Translations under genes and position numbers: made by a program | The notes under the pieces: model-generated | Databases searched by the model: none | What the model was told of the DNA's origin: nothing | The model's input: the letters and a program-made list of their open reading frames with translations, nothing else | Shown here: in pieces, positions 1 through 9,049 of the stretch | How the letters are laid out: the number at the start of each line of letters is the position of its first letter | How positions within the stretch are numbered: position 1 is the stretch's first letter | From: Selenomonadaceae bacterium | GTDB taxonomy: Bacteria; Bacillota; Negativicutes; Selenomonadales; Selenomonadaceae | Direction: 5' to 3' | Length of the DNA: 64,000 bases | Assembly (NCBI GenBank): GCA_017634675.1 | Contig: JAGBMX010000137.1 | Location: 58,118 to 122,117 of the forward strand

Positions 1-2321
1 ATAAGGGAGGTAAAGACTCCGAGTAGGGACTGAACATCAAGAGGGTGCAAACCGATGGTAGGTTCATCAAATACAAAGACAGAGTCTTCTTGGCCGCGTC
101 CCATTTCGCTTGCCAATTTGAGCCGTTGCGCCTCGCCGCCAGACAAACCGGGAGTTTCCTCCCCAAGGGTCAGATAGCCTAACCCTAAGTTAGAAAGAAC
201 TGATAGGCGTTGATATACTGTTTTCATATCCTTACAAAATTCCAATGCCGTATCGACATCCATATCCATAAGTTCCGGTAAAGAATGAGCTTCTCCCGCT
301 TTATTGGTGTATTTCAACGTGTAGGCTTGTTTTCCGTAACGAGAACCTCGACAATCGGGGCAGGGGATATTAACATCCGGTAAAAACTGAACATCAAGAC
401 TGATTGCTCCCGTACCGTCGCAGGTATGGCAGCGGAGTTTACCCGTATTGTATGAAAAATCTCCCGCCTTGTAGCCCTTTGCCTTTGCTGCAGCAGAACG
501 AGCGTAGATTTTCCTGAGTTCATCGTGGACATTGGCGTAGGTGGCTACTGTGGAGCGGATATTGATTCCTATTGGAGCAGAGTCTATCAGTTTTACATGT
601 TTGATGTTTTCAGCCTGAATTGAAAGAACATGCTTTGGCAAAGGCATACCTGCAATATGAGCAGAGAGTCCCGGCACAAGACTTTCCAAAATAAGCGTAG
701 TCTTGCCGGAGCCGGAAACTCCGGTAATTACGGTGAATTTTCCCTTGGGAATGTCAATATTAAGGGGTTTTACCGTGTGAATGGCGGAAGTTTCCATATG
801 AATCCTGCCCTCGTCGAACATTTTGTCCCAAGGGGAGGACTTTCTCATGGATACATTGGCTGTTCCCGCAAGGAATGGAGCGATGAGTGATTTGCTGTCC
901 TTTTTTACATTTTCAGTTGACCCCTCGGTGATAATGTTACCGCCATTCGTTCCTGCCCCCATTCCCATCTCTATAATCCAATCAGATTCTTTCAAAATTT
1001 CCGTTTCGTGGTCAACGAGAATGATAGAATTTCCATCGGCAATAAGATCACGCATTACTCCTTTCAACCCCGCTATATTGGAAGGATGCAGACCTATAGA
1101 AGGTTCGTCCAACACGTATAGCACGCCGGTGGTACGGTTGCGCACGGCGCGCGCAAGTTGCATACGCTGACGTTCTCCCGTGGATAGAGTGGAGGACGCG
1201 CGGTCAAGGGTGAGATAGCCAAGTCCTAAGTCCATGAGTCGCTTGGCAACCGTATCGAATGACTCGCATATGCTTTTTGCCATAGGTCGCATATCTTTCG
1301 GCAAAGAAGCAGGGACTCCCGATACCCAATCTATGAGGGAAGTTAGGGTCATCTGCGTGGCTTCGGCAAGAGAGATGCCGCGAATAAGTGGCGCTCTTGC
1401 AGCTTCAGATAAACGTGAGCCGTTACACTTCGGACAGATTTCTTCTTTCAAAAATTTTTCCACACGTTTCATGCCTTTTTCATCTTTAACTTTGGCTAGG
1501 GCGTTTTCCACGGTATAGACGGCGTTGAAGTAAGTAAAATCCATTTCGCCGGCTGCGCCGCTGGTTTTGTTTTGGTAGATCATATGGTGCTTTACGGCAT
1601 CGCCGCGAAAAACAATATCCCGCTCCTTTTGGGTAAGTTCCCGAAAAGGTACATCCGTTCGCACACCCAAGTCCCGCGCTATGTCCTTCATCAGCGACCA
1701 CATGAGGGTTTGCCAAGGAAGTACCGCTCCTTCGTCTATGGTAAGCGATTCATCGGGGACAAGAGTGGATTCGTCAACTGTTCTCACCATTCCCGTACCG
1801 CCGCAATGTTCACAAGCGCCTTGGCTGTTAAAGGCCAATTCTTCTGCGCCGGGACCGTAGAAATGTTCGCCGCATTCCGGACAAACAAGCTCCTGCTCTG
1901 TCGCCACGGAGAGTGTCGGCGGCAGATAGTGACCGTTGGGGCAACGATGGCTGGCAAGTCTTGAGAACATAAGTCGCAAACTGTTCAAAAGTTCCGTTCC
2001 CGTTCCGAAAGTAGAGCGAATGCCCGGTACGCCGGGGCGTTGACGCAAAGCAAGAGCCGCCGGCACATATAGAACTTCGTCTACGTCGGCTTTTGCAGAA
2101 AATGTCATACGCCGTCTGGTATAAGTAGATAGAGCGTCCAAATAACGGCGAGAGCCTTCTGCATACAGTATGCCAAGGGCAAGGGAGGATTTGCCGGAGC
2201 CGGACACGCCGCAAATTCCGACAATTTTGCCTAATGGAATATCAACACTAATGTTTTTTAGATTATGCACCCTTGCGCCGCGAATTTTGATTAACTTGGG
2301 ATGTTCTGTATTTTGCTTCAT
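1..2321 (-). CDS. uvrA: UvrA-family ABC ATPase (excinuclease ABC subunit A paralogue); C-terminal end runs off the window
   Basis: Uninterrupted minus-strand frame from ATG at 2321 to position 1; it is missing from the ORF track because there is no stop in the window. My translation starts MKQNTEHPKLIKIRGARVHNLKNISVDIPLGKIVGICGVSGSGKSS (Walker A). It contains the ABC signatures LSTGERQRMQLA and LSGGEAQRLKLA plus Cys-rich zinc modules. RBS GGAGCAAG lies upstream. Confidence 0.85.
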   Translation of the reverse strand, partial: MKQNTEHPKLIKIRGARVHNLKNISVDIPLGKIVGICGVSGSGKSSLALGILYAEGSRRYLDALSTYTRRRMTFSAKADVDEVLYVPAALALRQRPGVPGIRSTFGTGTELLNSLRLMFSRLASHRCPNGHYLPPTLSVATEQELVCPECGEHFYGPGAEELAFNSQGACEHCGGTGMVRTVDESTLVPDESLTIDEGAVLPWQTLMWSLMKDIARDLGVRTDVPFRELTQKERDIVFRGDAVKHHMIYQNKTSGAAGEMDFTYFNAVYTVENALAKVKDEKGMKRVEKFLKEEICPKCNGSRLSEAARAPLIRGISLAEATQMTLTSLIDWVSGVPASLPKDMRPMAKSICESFDTVAKRLMDLGLGYLTLDRASSTLSTGERQRMQLARAVRNRTTGVLYVLDEPSIGLHPSNIAGLKGVMRDLIADGNSIILVDHETEILKESDWIIEMGMGAGTNGGNIITEGSTENVKKDSKSLIAPFLAGTANVSMRKSSPWDKMFDEGRIHMETSAIHTVKPLNIDIPKGKFTVITGVSGSGKTTLILESLVPGLSAHIAGMPLPKHVLSIQAENIKHVKLIDSAPIGINIRSTVATYANVHDELRKIYARSAAAKAKGYKAGDFSYNTGKLRCHTCDGTGAISLDVQFLPDVNIPCPDCRGSRYGKQAYTLKYTNKAGEAHSLPELMDMDVDTALEFCKDMKTVYQRLSVLSNLGLGYLTLGEETPGLSGGEAQRLKLASEMGRGQEDSVFVFDEPTIGLHPLDVQSLLGVFTSL

Positions 2322-2411
2322 AAAATCTTGCTCCTAACTTCTATATTGGCAGAAAAATAAATCTGTGATATGCTAAATTCATTAAAAATTTATGCAAGAA
2401 AGGTGATTGAA

Positions 2412-2867
2412 ATGCCAAAGAAAATCCTATTCGTTTGCCATGGGAATATCTGCCGATCCCCAATGGCGGAGTTTGTTATGAAGGATATGGTGCGTAAAGC
2501 CGGATTGGAAAAGGAAATTCTCGTGGATTCTAAAGCCTGCCGTACCGACGAAATCGGTTCCGACACTTATTACGGAACGAAAAATAAGCTCCGTGAAGAA
2601 GGCATACCGTTTACGCCAAGGAAAGCCAGTCAGATTACCGTTGCCGATTATGACAAATACGATTACATTATCGGCATGGATAGTGAAAATATGCGGGATT
2701 TGAGCCGTATAACCAAAGGCGATCCCAAAGGAAAGACACATCGTCTTTTGGAATTTGTCGGAGAGAGCCGCGATGTTGCCGATCCTTGGTACACCGATGA
2801 TTTTGACGCTACCTATCGTGATGTCGCTATTGGCTGTGAGGCGCTGCTGAAAACACTGACAAAGTAG
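2412..2867 (+). CDS. low-molecular-weight protein-tyrosine phosphatase
   Basis: MPKKILFVCHGNICRSPMAEF carries the CX5R(S) P-loop, and a DPWY motif lies near the C-terminus. The internal ATG at 2412 was chosen over the ORF-track start at 2370. Confidence 0.9.
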   Translation: MPKKILFVCHGNICRSPMAEFVMKDMVRKAGLEKEILVDSKACRTDEIGSDTYYGTKNKLREEGIPFTPRKASQITVADYDKYDYIIGMDSENMRDLSRITKGDPKGKTHRLLEFVGESRDVADPWYTDDFDATYRDVAIGCEALLKTLTK

Positions 2868-3031
2868 ACTAATTTATTCTGTATATCGTTACAAAATTCG
2901 TCTGACGATTCCTTAATTTTTGACATAAATTGAATACTATGATATTATAACTCTAAAATTACTACGAACGCAAGGAGGCGAGGAATATGGTAAACTATAG
3001 CGTTAAAACCCTCGTGAGCCTTGATTTTCCC

Positions 3032-3040
3032 GGGGGGGGG
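3032..3040 (+). repeat. poly-G tract, G9 (intergenic, at the end of an 18-codon mini-ORF)
   Basis: Counted directly from the sequence. Confidence 0.95.
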
Positions 3041-3188
3041 TAGATTTTAGTATAGATTTTGAAAATAAAAATTTCATACAAGAATATTTGCCGCGTGAAG
3101 CGGGCGCATTTTAAATGTGTTCGTTTTGCGTGGCTTTTTGTGTTTGAAAAAGGTAAAAATTTTATTGCTAAGAGGATGTTTGAAAACG

Positions 3189-4027
3189 ATGATAAAAACG
3201 TTAATTTATTGTGCCAGCGGTACAGGAGAGAGAGTTGCTTACTCGTTAGATGATGAGCGATATGAAGTTATCGGTTTGGTTGACAGTAATCCCGAGGTAT
3301 GGGGAAAGTCATTATATGGTATGGGGGGGTACTGCCGCCTTGTAAAATAAGGGAAATTGATTATGACTTAATCATAATTGCTAGATCTGTGTATGAAAAA
3401 GAAATTACGAATGATTTAGTAAATAAATATGGCGTAGATGAAAGTAAAATAGTAGCTTATCAACCTCAGACCCATGGAATTACGTGGGAAGATGAACGGA
3501 TTGTCATGTTGCGCAAGTGTATTTCGCTTATGAAGGAGCGAGATATTAGAGGAGATATGGCGGAAGTCGGGGTTTATACAGGCGAGTTCGCTAAACTTTT
3601 TAACCGTTATTATCCGGATAGAAAGCTTTATTTGTTTGATACTTTCGAAGGATTCGATTCAGAGCGTGACGCCGTCAATGCGGTGGACATCGATAACTTT
3701 AAAGATACATCTATAGATATAGTTTTAAATAAAATGAAGAACCCGAAAAATTGCATTGTAAGAAAGGGCTATTTTCCTGATACTGCGTACGGTATTGACG
3801 GAGATTTTGCTTTGGTAAGCCTTGATTGTGATTTGTATAATCCTATTTTGGCAGGATTGGAGTTTTTTTATCCCAAACTTGTACACGGCGGATATATTTT
3901 TGTACATGATTTCGGTTCTTATCATTATGAGGATGTAAAAAAAGCGGTGTTTGAGTTTTGCGGGCGTAACAACGCCATTATTTTTCCTTTGACGGATATA
4001 TGTTTGTCCATAGTGGTTTCAAAGTAA
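3189..4027 (+). CDS. TylF/macrocin-O-methyltransferase-like SAM methyltransferase, currently frameshifted at a G7 tract (phase-variable candidate, OFF)
   Basis: The N-terminal 47 codons (MIKTLIYCASGTGERVAYSLDDERYEVIGLVDSNPEVWGKSLYGMGG) are in frame 0. The remainder (VLPPCKIREIDYD...DMAEVGVYTGEFAKLF...LDCDLYNPILAGLEFFYPKLVHGGYIFVHDF) is in frame 2. The junction is G7 at 3323-3329; G8 would restore one ORF. Confidence 0.75.
3323..3329 (+). repeat. poly-G tract, G7 (frameshift point of methyltransferase 1)
   Basis: Counted directly from the sequence. Confidence 0.95.
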
Positions 4028-4040
4028 TCAGAGGAATTTT

Positions 4041-4960
4041 ATGAATACAGATTATTTGTTTGATGATGTAAAAAAGAACGAAGAGCATGGTTTTTACATG
4101 CTTGACGATAAGTACAGGAAAAAAATGAATGATTTTTATGAAAATGAGTACTATCAGCATGATCACGCTCTATATCAGCATAACGAATATGACGCCGTTG
4201 ACATGGCGCATAAAAACAATTTTTATGCGCAGAAGTTGTATATTATCAAAAAATATTCGGGGGGGGGTATACTTCGGAGTATCGAAGTTTCTTAGACATA
4301 GGTTGCGGCGAAGGTTTCGCTCTGCAATATTTTTATAATGCCGGGTGGAGCGTAACGGGGGTTGATTTTAGTTCTTACGGCATAACTGTGCATAATACGT
4401 CGATGAAAAAATTTCTGCTTCAAGGGGATTTTGAGAAAATTATAAACGAGCTTCATTCACAGGGAAAAACATTTGATTTTATAAATTCCGATAATGTGTT
4501 GGAACATTTGCCCGAGCCGGAAAAATTCTTCGAAAGCGTAAAAAAAGTTTCTAATGATAACACTATGCTTTGCGTTACGGTGCCTAACGATTTTTCCCGT
4601 ATCCAAAAATTGGCTTATGAAAACGGGTTTATCGACGGGGCTTTTTGGGTAGATAAGGAAACAAGCGAACATTTCAGTTATTTTTCCGTAGATTCTTTAT
4701 CTTCCTTGGGCTATGCCGCTGGGTATGAAAAATTAATCGCTACAGCAGATTGGCCTATAGATTTTTTCCTATTGCATAACCGTACAAATTACAGAAAGGA
4801 TAACGCCGTAGGGCATGATTGCCATATTGCTTGCGCATTGTTGGAAAACAGCATTTATGACGAATCTATGGATATTGCCGTAAACCTTTTTAAGACTCTG
4901 GCGGATGCCGGGGTAGGAAGAGAAATCAGCGTGTATTTTAAAATGGCGAAAGGTCGATGA
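4041..4960 (+). CDS. class I SAM-dependent methyltransferase, currently frameshifted at a G9 tract (phase-variable candidate, OFF)
   Basis: Frame 0 reads ...IIKKYSGGG and then stops at 4293-4295. Frame 2 continues YTSEYRSFLDIGCGEGFALQYFYNAGWSVTGVDFS (SAM-binding motif I) to the stop at 4960. The junction is G9 at 4259-4267; G10 or G7 would fuse the frames. Confidence 0.75.
4259..4267 (+). repeat. poly-G tract, G9 (frameshift point of methyltransferase 2)
   Basis: Counted directly from the sequence. Confidence 0.95.
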
Positions 4961-4963
4961 GAG

Positions 4964-6607
4964 ATGAAAGTGGCGTTGCTTTCAAATATTAATGCGGATC
5001 CCATCAACAGATATTTAAACGGTTGTAAAGATATTGAAATTTACGAACCTCAAGGTTATGGCAACGAACTTGGCGTATTGCTTAACAGAGATTCGTCTTT
5101 GTATGATTTCGCTCCGGATATGGTATTTATAATTACGGATTTAATGGAGTTAATTGGTCGCGATTTGGAAATAACTGCCGCCGGAAAAAAGATTGACGAA
5201 TGGTTTGCTCTTTTTGAAAGTTCGCTGAGCGAAGGGACGGTTTTTTACGTTTCAGATGCATTTGTACATGGATTTGAAGTAGATCTTGTTTGGGAAAGAA
5301 GCGTAATCACGGCTGTCGAAAACAAATGGGACGAAAATCTGTACGCCTTGGCAAATAAATATTCGAATGTTCGGGTTTTCGGATTAAATCGCATAATACG
5401 GCTATATGGTGAGAGCAACGCTTTTTCCCGTAAAATGTGGTATATGGGGAAAATACTTTATTCCGCCGTATTGCAAAAAGCTCTGGCGGAAGAAATAATT
5501 CACAGAACAGAGATAGAGATAAGGCAGCCTAAAAAGGCGTTGTTGCTTGATTTAGACAATACCTTGTGGAGAGGACTTGCCGGTGAAAACGATATTTCGC
5601 CTGTTATTTTATCTGAGGATGGGGTAGGCTTAGCGTATAAGAATTTTCAGAGAGGGATAAAGCTCTTAAAATCTCAAGGCGTTATATTGGGGATTGTGTC
5701 GAAAAACAATGAGGATGATGCGATATCTATAATAGAAAATCATCCTCATATGGTTCTGAGACTTGAGGATTTTGCAACGTATAGGATTAATTGGGAAAAC
5801 AAGGCTGAAAATATAGTATCAATATCCAAAGAGTTGAATATCGGATTGGATTCCATTGTTTTCATAGACGATAACAAAGCCGAGCAAGCGTTGATACGAG
5901 AAGCTTTGAGCCAAGTGTACGTTCCGGATTTTCCGGTTAATCCCGAGGAACTTTCGTCGTTTATAGCGGAAATTTACCGTCAATGTTTTGAAAAGCCGAT
6001 AGTTACTGATGAAGACAAAAATAAAACAAAACAGTATCGTGAAAACCAGACACGCAAGCAATTAATGAAAGCGTCTGTAGATTTTGCCGGATATTTGGAT
6101 AATCTAGAAATGCGTATGATTAGGGTAAATCCTGAAAAGCATAAAGAACGTTTGTTGCAGCTCGTAAACAAAACTAATCAATTTAACCTGACAACAAGAA
6201 GGCTAACGGAGCAGGAACTTGCAAATATTTTACGCGATAATAATTCGGAGGTCTTTCTTTATAGGGTACTGGATAGGTTCGGCGATAACGGCATTGTGGC
6301 TGCGGCAATGGTCGAGTATAGAAATGAGGCTGTAATAACAGAATTTACAATGAGTTGTCGGGTTATGGGAAGAAAAATAGAAGACGCAGTGATAGACGAT
6401 ATCGAAAAATATTCGGCAAGTCGCGGTTACGGCGAGCTTGTAGGCATATATATTCCCACGGAAAAGAATAAGCCGGTAAAGGATTTGTATTCGTCTTTGG
6501 GATATAAAAAAAGAGAGGTTTGCGACGACGGAACTTTTGAATTTGTTATTTCGCTAAAGGACGATTTGGTTAGAGATATTCACGTTGAAAGAACGACGGA
6601 GGTTTGA
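4964..6607 (+). CDS. FkbH-like HAD-IIIC phosphatase/acyl-carrier loader
   Basis: ALLLDLDNTLWRG (HAD DxDxT motif in the FkbH context), GIVSKNNEDDA, and a C-terminal GNAT-like region. An ACP gene follows immediately. Confidence 0.8.
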   Translation: MKVALLSNINADPINRYLNGCKDIEIYEPQGYGNELGVLLNRDSSLYDFAPDMVFIITDLMELIGRDLEITAAGKKIDEWFALFESSLSEGTVFYVSDAFVHGFEVDLVWERSVITAVENKWDENLYALANKYSNVRVFGLNRIIRLYGESNAFSRKMWYMGKILYSAVLQKALAEEIIHRTEIEIRQPKKALLLDLDNTLWRGLAGENDISPVILSEDGVGLAYKNFQRGIKLLKSQGVILGIVSKNNEDDAISIIENHPHMVLRLEDFATYRINWENKAENIVSISKELNIGLDSIVFIDDNKAEQALIREALSQVYVPDFPVNPEELSSFIAEIYRQCFEKPIVTDEDKNKTKQYRENQTRKQLMKASVDFAGYLDNLEMRMIRVNPEKHKERLLQLVNKTNQFNLTTRRLTEQELANILRDNNSEVFLYRVLDRFGDNGIVAAAMVEYRNEAVITEFTMSCRVMGRKIEDAVIDDIEKYSASRGYGELVGIYIPTEKNKPVKDLYSSLGYKKREVCDDGTFEFVISLKDDLVRDIHVERTTEV

Positions 6608-6608
6608 A

Positions 6609-6827
6609 ATGAGAGAGAAAATGATAGGTTTAATCGAAAAAACTTTAAATTTAGCCCATGGCGTTATCAATGAAGATACTAAAATTGAAGAAGTACCGGG
6701 GTGGGATTCTTTGGCCCATGTTTTGATTATCGGGGCCATTGAGTCGGATCTAGGCATTTCGATTCCATTAGACGAAGCTGTTGACATTGCTTCGGTCGGA
6801 GAATTATTTGAAAAAGCGGGGGTATAA
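6609..6827 (+). CDS. acyl carrier protein
   Basis: 72 aa with a GWDSLAHV phosphopantetheine-attachment-type motif. GGAGG RBS lies 6 nt upstream of ATG 6609, and the gene starts 2 nt after the FkbH stop. Confidence 0.8.
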   Translation: MREKMIGLIEKTLNLAHGVINEDTKIEEVPGWDSLAHVLIIGAIESDLGISIPLDEAVDIASVGELFEKAGV

Positions 6828-6829
6828 TA

Positions 6830-7804
6830 ATGGCTGCAACGCTTCGACTGATTACAAAAGATGATTTGGAAAGGATTATGAACTGGCGAATGTCCGAAAG
6901 GGTCACAAAATATATGAACACCAATCCTAAGCTGACTCTTGAAGGGCAGGAAAAATGGTTTGACTCTCTTGAAGGAAACGATAAAGTCAGGAACTGGATA
7001 ATTGAAGTAAACGGTGCGCCCGCCGGTTTGATCAATCTTGCGGATATTGATTGGGAAAAAGGAACTACGTCATGGGGGTATTATATAGGGGAGAATGATA
7101 AGCGTTCTTTAAAGTTGGCTGTATCCCTTGAAATGAGTTTATATGATTATTGTTTCGACGTTTTGGGATTTAACGAAGTACACAACGAAGTTTTTAAATT
7201 GAACGAAGGAGTATGGAAATTACACATAGCTTGCGGTTGCAAAGTGGTAAAAGAAGTTGTCGGCGAGGTGGAAAAAGAAGGAGTCGCTTACGACATAGTG
7301 CATCTTTCCATGGAACGCAACGAGTGGTTTAAAATTAGAGAAAAAAAGAAATATGAGAAGATAAATTTTGATGTGTTTGAAGGTATAATGGGGGGGGTAA
7401 CGGTACACCACATAGGCGTAGCAGTAGCGGACATAAAAAAATCAGTGGAAAGTTTTAAAAATTTCGGATGGGTTTGCGACGGAGAAATAATAAAAGATTC
7501 GTCTCGCAGCGTAAATCTTGCATTTTTAAAGAGGCGTAATTCAAACGAGATTTTGGAACTCGTATCTCCGATTAACGAACAGAGTCCGGTATTTGATATG
7601 CTTAATGCCAACAAAAATGTGGCGTTGCCCTATCATATTTGTTATGAAGTAAAGGATATAGATAAAACTGTGGATACTTTGAAATCCCGTAACTATATTC
7701 TTGTGGAAAAACCTAAACCGGCAATCGCTTTTCAACACAGACAAGTTGCTTTCTTGTTAAATCGCGATTCCGGTTTGTTGGAACTTTTGGAGGAAAGAAA
7801 ATAA
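6830..7804 (+). CDS. GNAT N-acetyltransferase fused to a VOC/glyoxalase (methylmalonyl-CoA-epimerase-like) domain
   Basis: The N-terminal half has RimJ/L-like GNAT features. The C-terminal half has VHHIGVAVADIKKSVESFKNFGW and ICYEV, typical of VOC/epimerase folds. An in-frame G8 tract (7390-7397) sits at the domain junction. Confidence 0.65.
   Translation: MAATLRLITKDDLERIMNWRMSERVTKYMNTNPKLTLEGQEKWFDSLEGNDKVRNWIIEVNGAPAGLINLADIDWEKGTTSWGYYIGENDKRSLKLAVSLEMSLYDYCFDVLGFNEVHNEVFKLNEGVWKLHIACGCKVVKEVVGEVEKEGVAYDIVHLSMERNEWFKIREKKKYEKINFDVFEGIMGGVTVHHIGVAVADIKKSVESFKNFGWVCDGEIIKDSSRSVNLAFLKRRNSNEILELVSPINEQSPVFDMLNANKNVALPYHICYEVKDIDKTVDTLKSRNYILVEKPKPAIAFQHRQVAFLLNRDSGLLELLEERK
7390..7397 (+). 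repeat. poly-G tract, G8 (in frame, at the GNAT/VOC junction)
   Basis: Counted directly from the sequence. Confidence 0.95.
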
Positions 7805-7810
7805 AAAGAA

Positions 7811-7853
7811 GGCTGTGAAGAAACTGAAAAACAGTTTCCTCACAGCCTTTTTA
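7811..7853. terminator. bidirectional hairpin terminator between convergent genes
   Basis: GGCTGTGAAGAAACTG / CAGTTTCCTCACAGCC forms a 16-bp stem with 1 mismatch, with an A-run before it and a T-run after it. Confidence 0.8.
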
Positions 7854-8303
7854 TGCGTTTTGTAACGTCTTTAAGCTTACAAATTCGTTTGCTTTTTGAA
7901 ATTTACTGCTTCCGTTTTGACTGCGGTAATTTAGAGTGTCCACATAGGAGCGGATACTGTCTGCTCCTTTTTTCATGCCGCCGGAGCCGTCGGAAAAAAT
8001 CTGCTTCGTGACACTTGAAAACGTCCCGTTGCCCATTTTCAGCACATCACTTGTAGTGCGACTTTTTGAGGATAACTTTTCGGTAAAATGCGTTCCGTCG
8101 CGATATATCCGAGCATTACCCCTGGCAAACCTGCTGTTGCCGATTTTAGTTTCGTTGCCGAAATTGGAAACATCCGTAAACGAATTATCCTGTTTGGAGA
8201 TGGTTGCGGTCATGGATTGACCGTTTTGTACAATCTCTCGATTTGTGCGTTGAAACAGGCTGCTGCCCCAATTTACCGCACCGAGCATCCCGGTAGAAGA
8301 CAT
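7851..8303 (-). CDS. hypothetical S/T/N/G-rich 150-aa protein
   Basis: Intact ORF, last gene of a minus-strand gene string, followed by a strong hairpin terminator. I recognise no motif. Confidence 0.45.
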   Translation of the reverse strand: MSSTGMLGAVNWGSSLFQRTNREIVQNGQSMTATISKQDNSFTDVSNFGNETKIGNSRFARGNARIYRDGTHFTEKLSSKSRTTSDVLKMGNGTFSSVTKQIFSDGSGGMKKGADSIRSYVDTLNYRSQNGSSKFQKANEFVSLKTLQNA

Positions 8304-8379
8304 AAAGCCTCACACCTTCCATGGAAAACCTTCTACACACTCTCATAATAGCATAATTTCAAAAAAAAATCCAGATTTT

Positions 8380-9039
8380 TTAATCAATAGTCAAAATTTT
8401 ATTTTTCAGCACATATACTAAAGCCTGTGTGCGGTCGGAAACATTTAATTTCCTGAAGATATTTGTGAGGTGATTTTTTACGGTTTTTTCGCTGACGCAG
8501 AGACTGTCGGCTATTTCTTGATTGCTTAAACCTTGGGTTATACAGCTTAACACGTCCATCTCCCGAAGGGTAAGACCGTTTGGACGGTGCCTTTTGTATA
8601 AGAGGCGAGCTTTTTCTATAATGTGTTCTTCCTTGCCGAAGAGTCTTTTGGCTATTTTAGGGTAAACAAACGCATTGCCTTTGTTTACTGCGTGAATTGC
8701 GCGAACAAGAGCCTCCGGCTCTACGTCTTTTAAAATATACCCAAGCGCGCCGTGTTTTAAGATTTCGAGAATATAGTTATCTCCATCGTGAATCGTAAGA
8801 GCTATAATTTTTGTCGGGATTTTTTTGCTCCCCAATTCTTTAGCTACCTCAAGCCCGTTTTTTTCAGGCATATTGATGTCCAAAAGCAGGATATCCGGGG
8901 AGAGTTCAAGGGTTTTTTTGATTGTTTCTTCACCATCTCCGGCTTCACCCACCACTTTTAAATCGTCTTCGAAGGAGAGCACGCGACGGATTCCCTCGCG
9001 AATAAGTGCGTGATCGTCCGCTATTAATATTGAAATCAT
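8380..9039 (-). CDS. NarL/FixJ-family response regulator (REC + LuxR HTH)
   Basis: MISILIADDHALIREG...LLLDINMP (receiver domain), then LTLREMDVLSCITQGLSNQEIADSLCVSEKTVKNHLTNIFRKL (LuxR HTH). ATG 9039 has a GGAG RBS; the ORF track extends to 9066. Confidence 0.9.
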   Translation of the reverse strand: MISILIADDHALIREGIRRVLSFEDDLKVVGEAGDGEETIKKTLELSPDILLLDINMPEKNGLEVAKELGSKKIPTKIIALTIHDGDNYILEILKHGALGYILKDVEPEALVRAIHAVNKGNAFVYPKIAKRLFGKEEHIIEKARLLYKRHRPNGLTLREMDVLSCITQGLSNQEIADSLCVSEKTVKNHLTNIFRKLNVSDRTQALVYVLKNKILTID

Positions 9040-9049
9040 ATCGTCACTC

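Noticed and set aside
630-2214. Many 60-130 aa ORFs on both strands in the ORF track (for example 823..1170+, 1572..1964+, 1828..2214-).
   Set aside because: They overlap one continuous minus-strand UvrA-family frame (1..2321) with clear ABC motifs. They are shadow ORFs.
1-2321. Whether the ABC ATPase at the window start could be the missing exporter for the GG-leader proteins.
   Set aside because: It has UvrA-type tandem ABC modules with zinc fingers, no transmembrane domain and no C39 peptidase domain. It is not a PCAT.
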